A stretch of DNA of 62,725 bases, the filler included, from Nemertoderma westbladi (taxonomy: Eukaryota > Animalia > Xenacoelomorpha), in NCBI GenBank assembly GCA_032718475.1. It is 3 parts of 3 records of this genome, joined end to end, with 100 filler letters (N's around TTAATTAATTAA, not from the genome) between each part and the next. Parts side by side here need not be neighbours in the genome. Positions count along the whole stretch, not along the records: positions 1 to 26,703 come from JAUCBJ010006310.1; 2 more parts are not named here. One strand, 5' to 3'. Numbering within the stretch: the stretch's first letter is position 1; every line of letters starts with the position of its first letter. Below the pieces are notes generated by a model, which saw nothing but the letters and a program-made list of their open reading frames with translations, did not search any database and was not told the DNA's origin. Made by a program: the position numbers and the translations under genes. Shown here in pieces: positions 1-12,729 of this stretch.

Positions 1-1289
1 AATAAATCCTTTGAAAACATGGAAATAATTGTATATAATATTATCGTAAGATATACCAATCCATAATTAGTGCTGTAAAACATGCATTATTCACTATTTA
101 ATTATAGCTTGTGGCCAAATCGGCTACAGTTGGGGCAGATAGGCACTGGACATAGGCCTACAGGCGGTAAGAGTCAGCACAATTATTCCGCATATAATTC
201 GAAAATGGAAATTTTTATTAAATGGAAAAGCATTATTTCATAAAAATTTTATGTTAAAAATAAATTCCACCACTCTTACGATAATATTATATATATTATA
301 GTTAGTTGTTATGTCACCCAACAGTACATCCTACCTACGGTGTTACAAAATATTTCAATTTTCGAATAAAAATATTATCATAAGTTCAGGTAGGCTACCC
401 TACCGCTACATTCATGATGCCACTGAACATACCAGAGTACTAACTTTAAGTAGTAGTCTATCTATAGTATAATCCGAAAATTAACCTAATCACAGTCAAA
501 TAGGCCCTATATTAAATCAAACAACAAAGCTTCACTCAGCTACTTAATAACTCACAGGTGCAGTACTTCGAGTAAACATGATTAAGAAATACTGACCAAT
601 TGGAAAAGCTAAATTGGATGCCTTTCTGTTGAGGCTTCATCTACTCTTCCCATTGGTTGATATGCACTTCAGGGTTTCTGCACCCTTTATACTTGGCTGC
701 CTCCACTATGGAACACCAGCGAGAGTAGTAAAAGGCGTGGTCACAATTACTTGGTGAGATACAATTTGGAAATCATGCAAGCCTAATCAACTGGGATGGA
801 AGTACATACAGATATACACTACGCGCAATAACTATACTGTAGTGTAGGTGTGCCACACCCAACTTGTAAATATTAATGTATTGTGCATTATATGAGCTTA
901 ATAGGTGAGCATAATTTATACATAATATATAAAATTTAGTTGTCAACTGCAGAGTTCTTCTACAAGTGGAGGTATACATATTTTTTGGAGGCAGGGGACA
1001 ATTGTGGATATAACTTGAGCTTTAGGTATGTTATGTTAAGTTGTTTTTAATTCAGGCCAAAGCCCATACAATAAAAAAACGTTACAGTCATAAAGGTTTC
1101 GCCCATGTGAAGAATACCAGGATTTCACTTTTCGGTCAACTTTTTATTGGAATTTTATATATGAAGATTTTTTATTTTTTTTATTCATCTTAAGTGTTTT
1201 ATAGCGCTTGTCTTATAACCTGTACATATACTAATCATCCAAGCAATCAAACACAAAACCAGCAGCTCAACAGGTCAGTGAAGAATCAT

Positions 1290-2860
1290 GGTCGTCACAT
1301 TTCACTAAGCTGTTGACAGCTGAAATAGAACCTAATATGCCCCCATTACCGGAACAACAGACCACTGTACTTGACAAAGATATTGAGGCGTCTGAAATAA
1401 AAGAAGCTATAAATACTCCTTAAATCCGGTCTCGTTTTCTTACTACCATTTCTTCTAACTCTATTTACTATCTGCTTTAATACAGGTGTCTGTCCAGCTG
1501 TGTGGCTGATCGCATATCTAGTCCCGCTATACAAAGGTAAAGGACCGAAAAGTTCGCCAGACAGCTACAGAGGAATAGCTTTATTATCTTACCTGCTGAA
1601 AACCTACACCGCAATACTGGCGTCTAGGCTATACAGCTGGGCCGAAAGCAACAATATCCTACCCCGGATTGCCAATTTGGTTTCAGAAAAACAAAATCCA
1701 TAGTGATGGCTGTAAAATTTTTGTACAACCGCATTAACACAGCACTAGAGCCGGCGGGAGGTCATTTATACTGTGTGTTTATCGACTTCGCAAAGGCATT
1801 CAACACCATCGACAGAGAAATTCTATGCATGAAATTATCCCAGCTTGGAGTAAGTCGGAAATTTATTACTGCGATCTGGGCTCTACTTGCAGTAAACTTT
1901 GTCTGCATCTGCGTTGGATTATATGTATTAGAACCAATTCCACAAAATATCGGCGTAGTACAAGGTGACAAACTTTCGCCACTCTTGTTCAACTTATTTG
2001 TTGCAGATTTACCTCTGTTTATTGCAGTTGCGACCTGCTTCAATATTATGTATGCTGACGACCTGGTAATTGCTGGTGAGTCCCTCAGTGACGTACAAAC
2101 AAGCCTCAACAGAGTATCAGAATACTGTAAGCTAAACAACCTCCGTGTGAACATAAAGAAAACAAAAGTGGTGAAATTCCGGAATGGAGGCAATCTGGTG
2201 GAAGTGACATACTTAGATACAATGGCACACCCTTGCATTTCCAACCATCATATGAGTATCTTGGAATCGCACTATCAACTAAAAACGGACCGAGTGCACA
2301 TTACGAAGCAATGTATAGAAAAGGTATTGCCAGTTGCATTTGCGTCGCCACAAAGACAAATCTACATGTAATCTCCATGCAATCAGCACACCGCTTATGG
2401 AATGCCGTGATATTGCCATCAACAACTTACGGTTGCTCCGTATTTACCAACACAACCTCCGAGGTGAACGGATTGGCAGATGTTGGACGTGTCAGAGCTT
2501 ATTTCTGGAAACTCTGGTGCGGGATAAGCAAATACGCATCATCCACCTCGATACTAAGCGCCATCGACTCAGAACTAAACTCAAACACCGTTATCGAACT
2601 CCGATTCAGATTATCACCTCTAACTGGCTTCCGGCGAAGAGCAGCCGCCCAGCTGGTGTCGAACGGCTGTCACTAACGTCTGTGCTCAAACCCCACCTGC
2701 TGGCGACCAACGGAAGAATGTGTCTGCTGTTTTGCATTTGCAACACACCAGCAACATCGCCAGACCATTACATAGTATGCTCCGTAATACATAGAAATGG
2801 CTTAAACACAAACTTACGTGTCGCTCTCTTCCTGATGTGTCTGGAGAGGGTCGATGACAG
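1290..2860 (+). mobile_element. Degenerate non-LTR retrotransposon (CR1/L2-group-like), RT plus Cys/His-rich C-terminus, frameshifted
   Basis: ORFs 1500-1703, 1703-2371 and 2233-2676 carry YRGIALLS, FIDFAKAF, GVVQGDKLSPLLFNLF, YADDL and YEYLGI motifs across frameshifts. Boundaries approximate. Confidence 0.85.
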
Positions 2861-3534
2861 TATATATATATATAGTTTTATTATTTTATTTCATAATTAT
2901 AAAGGCAAATTTTAGCCATATTTTTACTTACAGTATATAATTACAATCTTTCTACTTACATACATTATTTGTCCAAATGTTTGGAGTTAAATTTAATATA
3001 TTCATATACTAATTCGTTTATTGTTTTGATTAGATTCAGCCCTTCTGTAACCTGTGTTTTTGGTGAAAACCTGGTATTCTTCACATGGGGATAACTGCAA
3101 AGTGAAATATAACGGTACAAAGTCTGGTATTCTTCACATGGGCCAAAGGTTTCCTACGGCTCCTGTCTCGCTACGGCTAATTATTTGGGAGAGTAGCCGT
3201 AACGCAACTTTCAAAGTCGCGGTACGGCTACTCGGTTGTCTTGGTTTTACATAGGGAATCATTATCAATATTATTCTGTGGTGTTTAAGTACAGATGAGG
3301 TCCGAAAAATGTAATAATGTAATAATGTTTTACAGCATGGGAGTATCCGAGGGAAGGGGTGGATTTTACCATCTTTCCTATATTCTTCGACAACCTCACA
3401 TTCAATATATTTGTATTCTATGGGGTACCGGTACATCCTTAGTTACAGTCTCAAGCACAGGGGGAATACAGCGGCAGGGGAGGGGGCGCGGAGCTGCAGG
3501 GTGTGCCTTGTGGACTGAGATAGAGGGGAAAACT

Positions 3535-3770
3535 GGACGCAATAAAAATTAACCCCTCTCCAGGCGAAATTGGACGCAACGCAAATAACAGTTGATTACT
3601 CTCAAAAATAAAACTGTAACCTGTTAACCTGTTCTATTGTGTTTAGTTTATTGTTTTGGTTAAAATATCGTTCCACTGTAACCTGCTCCTTTCCCTAAAT
3701 TGAGAATTTAACATTGAGGCGGTATATTAATTCACCAAGGTGGGATTTACGTCCAGTTTCCCCCCTGTCT
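3535..3770. repeat. Dispersed repeat, second copy at 26505-26703
   Basis: Near-identical blocks (ccctctccaggNgaaatt...ctcaaaaataaaactgtaacc...tttccctaaattgagaatttaacattgaggcgg) at both sites. Confidence 0.8.
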
Positions 3771-3914
3771 CTGTGGACCATATTACCTTAACTTGTATTT
3801 TCCAATCCCTTTCTCTCGTATCTGTGATTGAATTTCCCGCAAATTTAAGCATTTAATAAACGCATTGTACTTTTTATTTCATTGGTCATTGGTTTATATC
3901 TTGAAACACTTTGT

Positions 3915-4560
3915 TACACCTTTTCCTGGAATACAGTGTCGTTATTCACAGTGTCGTACTGAGATTGCATGAAATTTGAAACAGTTAGTTTCGTCTCCCT
4001 CCTCATCCGTGGGTGAGACAGAATTTTTATTTTTGCTTTCATTTTTTAGCTACAAGCGTTTAAAAAAGTGTCCCCGTCGATATTGTACCACTCACACTGC
4101 AATTATTCTTCAAACTTTTAGTGAAAGAACTTAGAAAGCTGGCCATGCAAGGATTCCCAATATGTAAAAATATTAGAACTTGGTTGGGAAATAGCTGAGA
4201 TATGGGCATTCTACTTTTGCATGTATTTGCTTCCGCTGTAGGGTATTTATTCCATTTAATAAATTCACAATGTTCTAGAACATTTTGTTTATCTAATAAG
4301 TAGCTTGGCAACAATGCAACGCGTACATGATAATACTAGTATATGGATGTACATAATCAAAATGTTCTAGAACATTGTGTATTTATTAAATGGAATAAAT
4401 GGCCTGCAGCGGAAGCAAATACATGCAAAATTCGAATGCCCATATCTCAGGTATTTCCCAACCAAATTCAAATATTTTTACATATATGGAATCCTTGCTC
4501 ACTCATCACTAAAATTAATCACTTATCACTAAAATTAGTTCATTTTCCACCAAAACAATA
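3915..4560. mobile_element. Copy of foldback MITE family (related copies ~15482-16460, ~29040-29845, 58363-59180)
   Basis: Shared core gagattgcatgaaatttgaaac...gctacaagcgtttaaaaaa. Long internal inverted repeat (~4140-4290 vs ~4355-4500). Terminus tacacc..tcctggaata. Confidence 0.7.
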
Positions 4561-4833
4561 AACAATGTTGTTACCAATTGAGGGAAACGAGCAGGTTACA
4601 GAGGTCGGCTTTTATAACCAAAACAATAAACAATGTTGTTACCAAATGGGGGAAAGGAGCAGGTTACAGAGGTAGGCTTTTATAACCAAAACAATAAACA
4701 ATGTTATGTTGTTACCAATCGGGGGAAAGGAGCAGGTTACAGAGGTAGGCTTTTATAACCAAAACAATAAACTAATAAACACTAGTATTGTTACCAATTG
4801 GGGGAAAGAGCAGGTTACAGAGGTTTATAACCA
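4548..4833. repeat. Minisatellite, about 4 units of ~65-80 bp
   Basis: Repeated ccaaaacaataaacaatgttgttaccaa.tgggggaaaggagcaggttacagagg; related in reverse complement to 3616-3700. Confidence 0.85.
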
Positions 4834-6829
4834 ACAAAATATGTACCGGTACTTCGAATCCCAATGCCAATAAAAAATAGTTATGAATTTTATATTTTAG
4901 TGAATTTATGATTAGTTTAGTGGAGAATGATTAAAGTTAGTGAAAAAAACGCAATAAAAATAGTGGAAGAATAAATTACAAGACGAAATACGCTCCGCAC
5001 ATCACTTTAGCTTAAAATTCGTATCGAGCCACATCCAACATCAACATTTTCTGAATTTGCAACAAAAATGCAAATCAAAATTACAAAGTGGTCTGCTGGG
5101 AAATATGTTGATAATGCAGAAAAAAACGCTACGTGATGGCAGAATCGTAATCAAACAATAGCATCAATAAGTACCGTAATTCAACCCAATTGAAGTACTG
5201 TAAGAAAACGCGAGCGCAGCGAACGGAGTAGTGTTGCTGAATAAAGATATCGTGAGTAGCAAAATATATTTAGTGTTTTCTAATGGGTATTTCATGACAT
5301 GGTGACATACCCCCTAAATCATCCACTGCATTTGAATTCATGAAAAGATAGCTAATAAGACACTTAACTCATTAAAGTATAATTTTATTAATTATTGCAA
5401 AGGGATTTTCCTGGCCAACTACGGAGGTTTTGTTTTATTTTCTAGGATGAAATATACCGCGTCTGAAATAAACCTGTCCGCTTCCTTTACAACAGTAACA
5501 ACTCACATTGGATTCCATATTCTTTCCCTTCCCTGCGATGATTAATAACAATATAGCTTGCTATACAATATACCCCACAGCTGCATTAACTGCTACTGAA
5601 GCTTGCTTGCCCGATATTGATATAGGCAAGCCATTCCCATTGCCTTACTCATTCTATCCACTCACCAGTTTGTCGGCAGTGTAGAGGCAGGAACAGGGGC
5701 TATTGTTGAGGAATACCAGCTTGTTATTGCAGTATTATTCGTTGTAGGCTCCACGATTCTTTTATTTGTGTATTATTTTATATTCCGTTGTTATTTTACT
5801 TGCTTGTGTTCAGATGATAAACTACCCCTGTAAATTAATTATACTCTATGCTCTCATTGTATTTATACAGTAGTTGTGGGTTTATACTGTAGTAACCACC
5901 CCTATAACATGATACTGTATTGTATTATGTAGTTAGTCAATGGGTCTTGTTCAAGTTTTAAATATATTTTATTCTTAGATTGTTACTTTTTCGCTCGAAT
6001 ATACCCCAAAATCGGGTTTTCCCAGTAGATTATCTCATACACTAGACCAATATCAAACCAAATCCGGTGGTAATTAATAATTATCGCTTGTTTGACTTTG
6101 TGATTGTCGATTATTTTGGCTGGGAAACAATTCCCATCCGCTCGGGTAATACCACAGTTATTCGATACTGGAGTGGTGATATAGCTTTTAGAGTTCGTTA
6201 ATTAATTGTTCTCACACTCAGTAGGCCTACATAGTATGTCTAAAACAAATTCGCTTACCGACTTTGTTTGTCTGTCTGTTTAACTGCAGGTTTACTTACA
6301 CTCTACAGAACACCCATACTGTGTACCAACTTACCCCACATACTGTATACTGTGACTAGGAGGTGACTAATTTATAGGCCTAGTGTACTGTAGTGCAGTA
6401 TATGTATTGTATTTCAGAAATCGTAAGTCAGTTTATTTCATACATGTTTTATAATTGAGTTATTTGTTATCTTTATTTTTATCTGCCCGTCGTGGTACAG
6501 GGGTATCCTTACCCACGCTACGCACACTGTACACAAGCAGTAAGCCCTTAGGTGGTGATACGATTCTCACTAAGAAACTACTGATTCTACAACCTCGGGA
6601 ACATAATATTACCAAACCCAAGCATTATCCTGTAGTCACGACGACCGGATTAGTATTACCGGCCACTGACTTCATAAGACTACAATGTGAGGCGTTTTAA
6701 AATCAGAGAGACATATTGACTTAGATTGTTATACATACAGAATGTATTGTATACAGATAGTATCCCCCCTGTTTGGGGTTCATTCACCACATCCCAATAG
6801 ACGTCTACCGGGCAACCCGGCCTGCACCA

Positions 6830-7091
6830 GCTAGCTGTTGGACCTGGGGGGTCCTGGGTTCGATCCCGAACAGTGCCAGTTACAATTTCGTAACTGTAGC
6901 GCTACACCGACGATATGGGAATATGGCTTCTGTTTGGGGAGTAAAGAAAAAGGGTTTGGATAGTGAGAGTATTCAACCTTGGGAGTTGCTGTGGCGCCCT
7001 CCCTACATTATAGGTAACAGCCACGAGAGATGAGCCTTCTGGTTGCCTCAGCTGTTTCGTGTTTCACACGTTCACCGATCACTTTACTTTA
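6830..7091 (+). mobile_element. Probable tRNA-derived SINE remnant
   Basis: Pol III B-box GGTTCGATCCC at 6857-6867 and simple-repeat tail actttactttac at 7081-7092. A box is weak and there is no cloverleaf. Confidence 0.45.
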
Positions 7092-7109
7092 CATCACGTA
7101 CCGGACACA

Positions 7110-7810
7110 GAGAATCCCACAATAAATGAAAACAAATAAGTTGGTGCCAGTCCCCAAGCGCAAGCAGGGCAACCTAACACTCTATGATTCTTTTCGGGGA
7201 ATCTCATTGATCTCGATTGCTGCAAAGCTATGCAATAGAATTATATTAAATCGCATCATGGATCCCATTGAGAGGCTGCTCCGTGGAAATCAGAACGGGT
7301 TCCGTAAAGGTAGGACCATGGAGCCCATTTTGGGACTTAGAAGGATAATTGAAAACTTTTCAACAAATAAAGACAGCCATCTGGCTGTTATCTTTGTTGA
7401 CTTCTTCAAGGCCTTTGATTGAGTCTCTCGCTCACGTGTGTTCAGCATACTTCCATTATATGGGATTCCTGATGAAATTATTGCAGCAATCAGAACAGTA
7501 TACGATGGTTCGACGAAATTTGTGTCGACTATTTAGAGCAGCGATAGAACCAATTCTCCTACATGAAATTCAATCCTGGGCTCTAACGGCTGAGGACACC
7601 AAATCTCTGGATGGCACATTCACATGAATGCTACGTCGGGTTCACTGTGTCAAGTACAATGCACACATTTCCAACCAGACACTATATAACATTGGAGGTG
7701 TTTCATTTGTTCCCCCAATTTGGAAATTTGAACAGAGGCTTCTCCGCTTTGTAGGACATTGCTTTCGCCTTGAGGACCAGCCTGTGCACAATCTTGTGCT
7801 CTGGAGCCTG
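7110..7810 (+). mobile_element. Internally deleted RTE LINE remnant
   Basis: FRGISLISIAAK, NQNGFRKGR and FVDFFKAFD are joined directly to C-terminal LFRAA...RLLRFVGHCFR. Same family as 24826-25860. Confidence 0.85.
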
Positions 7811-7845
7811 TCTCCATTTTTAATAAATTTAGATTTATTATTAAA

Positions 7846-9674
7846 CTAGAAAGCCCGTGGCCTTCGGCCACGGCTTTCTAGTTCACAAGCTTCTATACAA
7901 TCAATCAATCAATGGACAATATCAAACATAAATAAATTAATTAATTAACTTAACAAAACTTTACATACGACTAACAGACTGATCCCGTTTTAGTTGCAGC
8001 TACATACAATAATAAACATAAGGCTTTATGTTGTAGTAGATACCTTCCAAGTAACACCTCCAATGGATTACAAATAATAAAATGTGAAAAGGTTTAAACT
8101 GTGTGTAATATTTTCCCCTTAGTGGAAAACTGTATAACTGCAGAGTAGTGGTTAGCGTCCTCGCAAACATAATCTATAGTGCAGTAGGTCACTGCAGCAA
8201 CTCTATCGTATTAAAATGGAAGGTTTTAATTTCATACATTTCGCCCCCTAGTGGCAGACTGCATAATTATGCACTGGTTAGCGTCCTCCCCAAACATGAC
8301 GACTATGGTGTAGTAGTCCTCTGCCAAGTGCCAAGTATCAGCAAAAAAGCATTCATAAACAACAAAATTGTAGGTTTCCTCATTCAGACATTTCATCACC
8401 TAATAGCGGCAGAATGGGGAACTGTAGATTAGTCATCGTCTCCCCAAGCCCAAATACACACCCTACGGTGTAGTATACTCTGCTTGGTATCAGCAAAAAA
8501 CATTATAAACATATTGTGTAAAGGACCTAAGTATCAGCTAAAAATCATTATTAATAACAAAATAGGATAAGATTTTCACTTTCAGACATTTCGCCTCCTA
8601 GTGGCAGACTGAAGAACCGCAAACTGGTCGGCGTCCTCCCAACACGCAGCTATGGTCAGGTAGAATTTATTCTGCAAAGTGTCAGCAGAGTGGTTACGAA
8701 TTACGATGATGCAATAACTGCTGTTACAATTTCCTGCTTGCTGATCAGTAATTTCTCCGATAACAAAACAACTGCAGAATAATGCAATTTTACCTCAAAG
8801 ACGCATTCATGCAAGTATCAAGTAAATGTGTAAAAAATCAGCCTCGAGATAGCCTTTACAATTCATGTTCACGGGCTGAGGATGGTCTGCATTATATAGG
8901 TGCACGCACATGATAGAGTCAAGATCCAACTTGTAGGATGACGGACTGACGACCTGCTAGGCCTACCTCGCTAGCACCCATCCGGTACATTGCAAAAATG
9001 AATAATTGAATCATTTTGTGTTTATGATTATAAACAATATGTGAACTGAAAAAAAGCTAATCTAAGATTTACTGTTTGTTCTTACCAATGTAAGTCAAGA
9101 ACCAATCACAGTAGATCCACTCCACTCTCCTGCTGGGTCCTATTTATTGAGATTACTACTTAACCAACCCAGCCTGCTGCAGGCCACCTATGATTGGTCT
9201 GCAAGTAGCTAGCTGTCTTGCTAACTAACTCTCAGCTTTGCCAGGCCTGTACTGCCAAAAGGAATATTCGAATCACTTTGAGATTTTATCACACAACATG
9301 TTGCAGCGAATACAAAATACGCATTCACGCAAGCATACGCGTAAAATAAGCCTCGAGATAGCGATAGTTTACGTGCTCGGGACGAGAGCTTTCGATCGAT
9401 GTATCATTCGCTCAGATTGGTGCTCGTGTGTCGGAGTGTATAGCTTGGACAGACTCACAGACTCATAGACTCACAGACAGACAGAGGATATTTATATATA
9501 TAGAAAAATAAGCCTCGAGATAGCGATAGTTTACGTGCTCGGGACGAGAGCTTTCGATCGATGTATCATTCGCTCAGATTGGTGCTCGTGTGTCGGAGTG
9601 TATAGCTTGGACAGACTCACAGACTCATAGACTCACAGACTCAGAGAAAGACAGAGGATATTTATATATATAGA
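7846..9674 (-). mobile_element. Non-autonomous Helitron, copy 1 (with an extra 170-bp copy of its 5' end at 9505-9674)
   Basis: On - it starts TCTATATATATAAATATCC followed by (CTGT/GAGTCTRT)n and ends with the GC-rich hairpin CCGTGGCC-GAA-GGCCACGG then GCTTTCTAG followed by T. No TSD. Confidence 0.8.
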
Positions 9675-11346
9675 CTAGAAAGCCCGTGGCCTTCGGCCAC
9701 GGCTTTCTAGTTCACAAGCTTCTATACAATCAATCAATCAATGGACAATATCAAACATAAATAAATAAATTAATTAACTTAACAAAACTTTACATACGAC
9801 TAACAGACTGATCCCGTTTTAGTTGCAGCTACATACAATAATAAACATAAGGCTTTATGTTGTAGTAGATACCTTCCAAGTAACACCTCCAATGGATTAC
9901 AAATAATAAAATGTGAAAAGGTTTAAACTGTGTGTGATGTTTCCCCCTTAGTGGAGTAGCTGCAGAGTAGTGGTTAGCGTCCTCGCAAACATAATCTATA
10001 GTGCAGTAGGTCACTGCAGCAACTCTATCGTATTAAAATGGAAGGTTTTAATTTCATACATTTCGCCCCCTAGTGGCAGACTGCATAATTATGCACTGGT
10101 TAGCGTCCTCCCCAAACATGACGACTATGGTGTAGTAGTCCTCTGCCAAGTGCCAAGTATCAGCAAAAAAGCATTCATAAACAACAAAATTGTAGGTTTC
10201 CTCATTCAGACATTTCATCCCCTAATAGCGGCAGACTGGGGAACTGTAGATTGGTCATCGTATCCCCAAGCCCAAATACACACCCTATGGTGTAGTATAC
10301 TCTGCTTGGTATCAGCAAAAAACATTATAAACATATTGTGTAAAGGACCTAAGTCTCAGCTAAAAATCATTATTAATAACAAAATAGGATAAGATTTTCA
10401 CTTTCAGACATTTCGCCTCCTAGTGGCAGACTGAAGAACCGCAAACTGGTCGGCGTCCTCCCAACACGCAGCTATGGTCAGGTAGAATTTATTCTGCAAA
10501 GTGTCAGCAGAGTGGTTACGAATTACGATGATGCAATAACTGCTGTTATAATTTCCTGCTTGCATCAGTAATCAGTAATTTCTCCGATAACAAAACAACT
10601 GCAGAATAATGCAATTTTACCTCAAAGACGCATTCATGCAAGTATCAAGTAAATGTGTAAAAAATCAGCCTCGAGATAGCCTTTACAATTCATGTTCACG
10701 GGTTGAGGATGGTCTGCATTATATAGGTGCACGCACATGATAGAGTCAAGATCCAACTTGTAGGATGACGGACTGACGACCTGCTAGGCCTACCTCGCTA
10801 GCACCCATCCGGTACATTGCAAAAATGAATAATTGAATCATTTTGTGTTTATGATTATAAACAATATGTGAACTGAAAAAAGCTAATCTAAGATTTACTG
10901 CTTGTTCTTACCAATGTAAGTCAAGAACCAATCACAGTAGATCCACTCCACTCTCCTGCTGGGTCCTATTTATTGAGATTACTACTTAACCAACCCAGCC
11001 TGCTGCATGCCACCTATGATTGGTCTGCAAGTAGCTAGCTGCCTTGCTAACTAACTCTCAGCTTTGCCAGGCCTGTACTGCCAAAAGGAATATTCGAATC
11101 ACTTTGAGATTTTATCACACAACATGTTGCAGCGAATACAAAATACGCATTCACGCAAGCATACGCGTAAAATAAGCCTCGAGATAGCGATAGTTTACGT
11201 GCTCGGGACGAGATCTTTCGATCGATGTATCATTTGCTCAGATTGGTGCTCGTGTGTCGGAGCGTATAGCTTGGACAGACTCACAGACTCATAGACTCAC
11301 AGACTCATAGACTCACAGACAGACAGAGGATATTTATATATATAGA
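9675..11346 (-). mobile_element. Non-autonomous Helitron, copy 2 (head-to-tail with copy 1)
   Basis: Near-identical to 7846-9504. The junction at 9674/9675 reads CTAG|TC on -. The 5' end follows A; (TAGA)n makes the exact end 11346-11358. Confidence 0.8.
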
Positions 11347-12649
11347 TAGATAGATAGATTAAATTACTTACTATTACTAATATTACTTACTAAATTACTT
11401 ATTATTAACTTAAATTTATTTACATATAACTTTCTCTTAACAAAATAAATGTTTATTACAGATTTGTAATCCTGTAGGGCCGGGCAAATTTCTATCCGAT
11501 CAAATAAACCACTATAAGATAAATAAATATGCTGTATTTGTGATGTGTTTACTCTACAATATTTTTAAACTCGCAGCAATATATATTTTCTCGCTATAAT
11601 CTTTTTCAGCTCGCCACGGTTTCGATAATATTTACTTGTGATATTTTCAACACTCGTTATTGTTCACCCCAACACCACGATATTATTAATTTTCACCAAT
11701 ACCTTAACGAACATCAACAACTTTGCCTGTAGTGTTCAGTAGTATACAACTCCATATTCGGAATTTGGCTAATATTTTGTCTGTATAACATTATACAGTA
11801 ACAATTTTTATGTGAGTAATGGAATATTTATTGGAAGACGCATTAACTCTTGACGTGGGACTAATTGTTCACCATTCCTTGGTAATGTCGTAACCGCTAC
11901 CCACACTCACACCATCCCTATTACGAATGTTTGCGTATTTATATTACTCATCCCTTATCCAAAGACTGCGTATTATATTAATGTTGCCAAGAGAATAGGA
12001 TTACTATTACAATTCCAAAACATAAGAACCCGGTTTATTTTGGCACCGTTATCTTCTTTTATTAATTAATTATACTGTAATGTTGTTAGTAGAATTACAT
12101 TATTACTAGTAACCAAAGCCTCTCACGTCATATAAAACGGTTTTACTTTGTTTTACACTACGTACAGTATATAACTGGGAAACTGTATCAGCAGGGATCC
12201 TACTGTATGCTTTTTGTACAACGAAATTATGAATATGTTTAGTTTATTATATGGTTATAATTAAATATAATACCAGTAGTTTTGTGGTGATACACTATTA
12301 GTGTACACTTTTAGTTCCTTTAATTTGATAAGAAACACCAAGTTTAAAATGTAGACGATTATTGAAATTAAATTACTAAATAGGCCTATCATTTAGTGTA
12401 TTGTATTCAGTAAAGAATACGGGCGGTATAAAGCAAATACGATTGTCAGCAGTACATGCTGTACAATATATGTATTTCAGTGTCAGTTTCTCAGTATGTA
12501 AAACATCTTCACAGTTCACCTTCATACAATAATATTTAGAAATGTTTCATTAAATATAAAATATACAGTATGTAAGGGAGATATTGCGGTTGGTGGCTAA
12601 GTCAGCAGATTCTAATAATTCAATCACCAAAATCATTAAAATCAAAAAC

Positions 12650-12729
12650 CAAGGCGTCCTCCTAAACTATCAGACTATAGTATATAAAACTATATGCTAT
12701 ATACAGTAGTTTAGGATTAGGACGCCTTG
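12650..12729. repeat. Short foldback / micro-MITE
   Basis: caaggcgtcct-cctaaacta ... tagtttagg-att-aggacgccttg inverted arms. Confidence 0.55.

Noticed and set aside
5559-5909. Solo LTR (TGCTATA...TATAACA)
   Set aside because: No TSD, PBS or PPT, and no second copy in the window.
6830-6900. tRNA gene
   Set aside because: Only a B box is present, with no cloverleaf; better explained as a SINE head.
8148-11294. Duplicated ORFs (8148, 9238, 9970, 11064) as genes
   Set aside because: Non-ATG starts, no domains, and a stop differs between copies; chance frames inside the Helitron.
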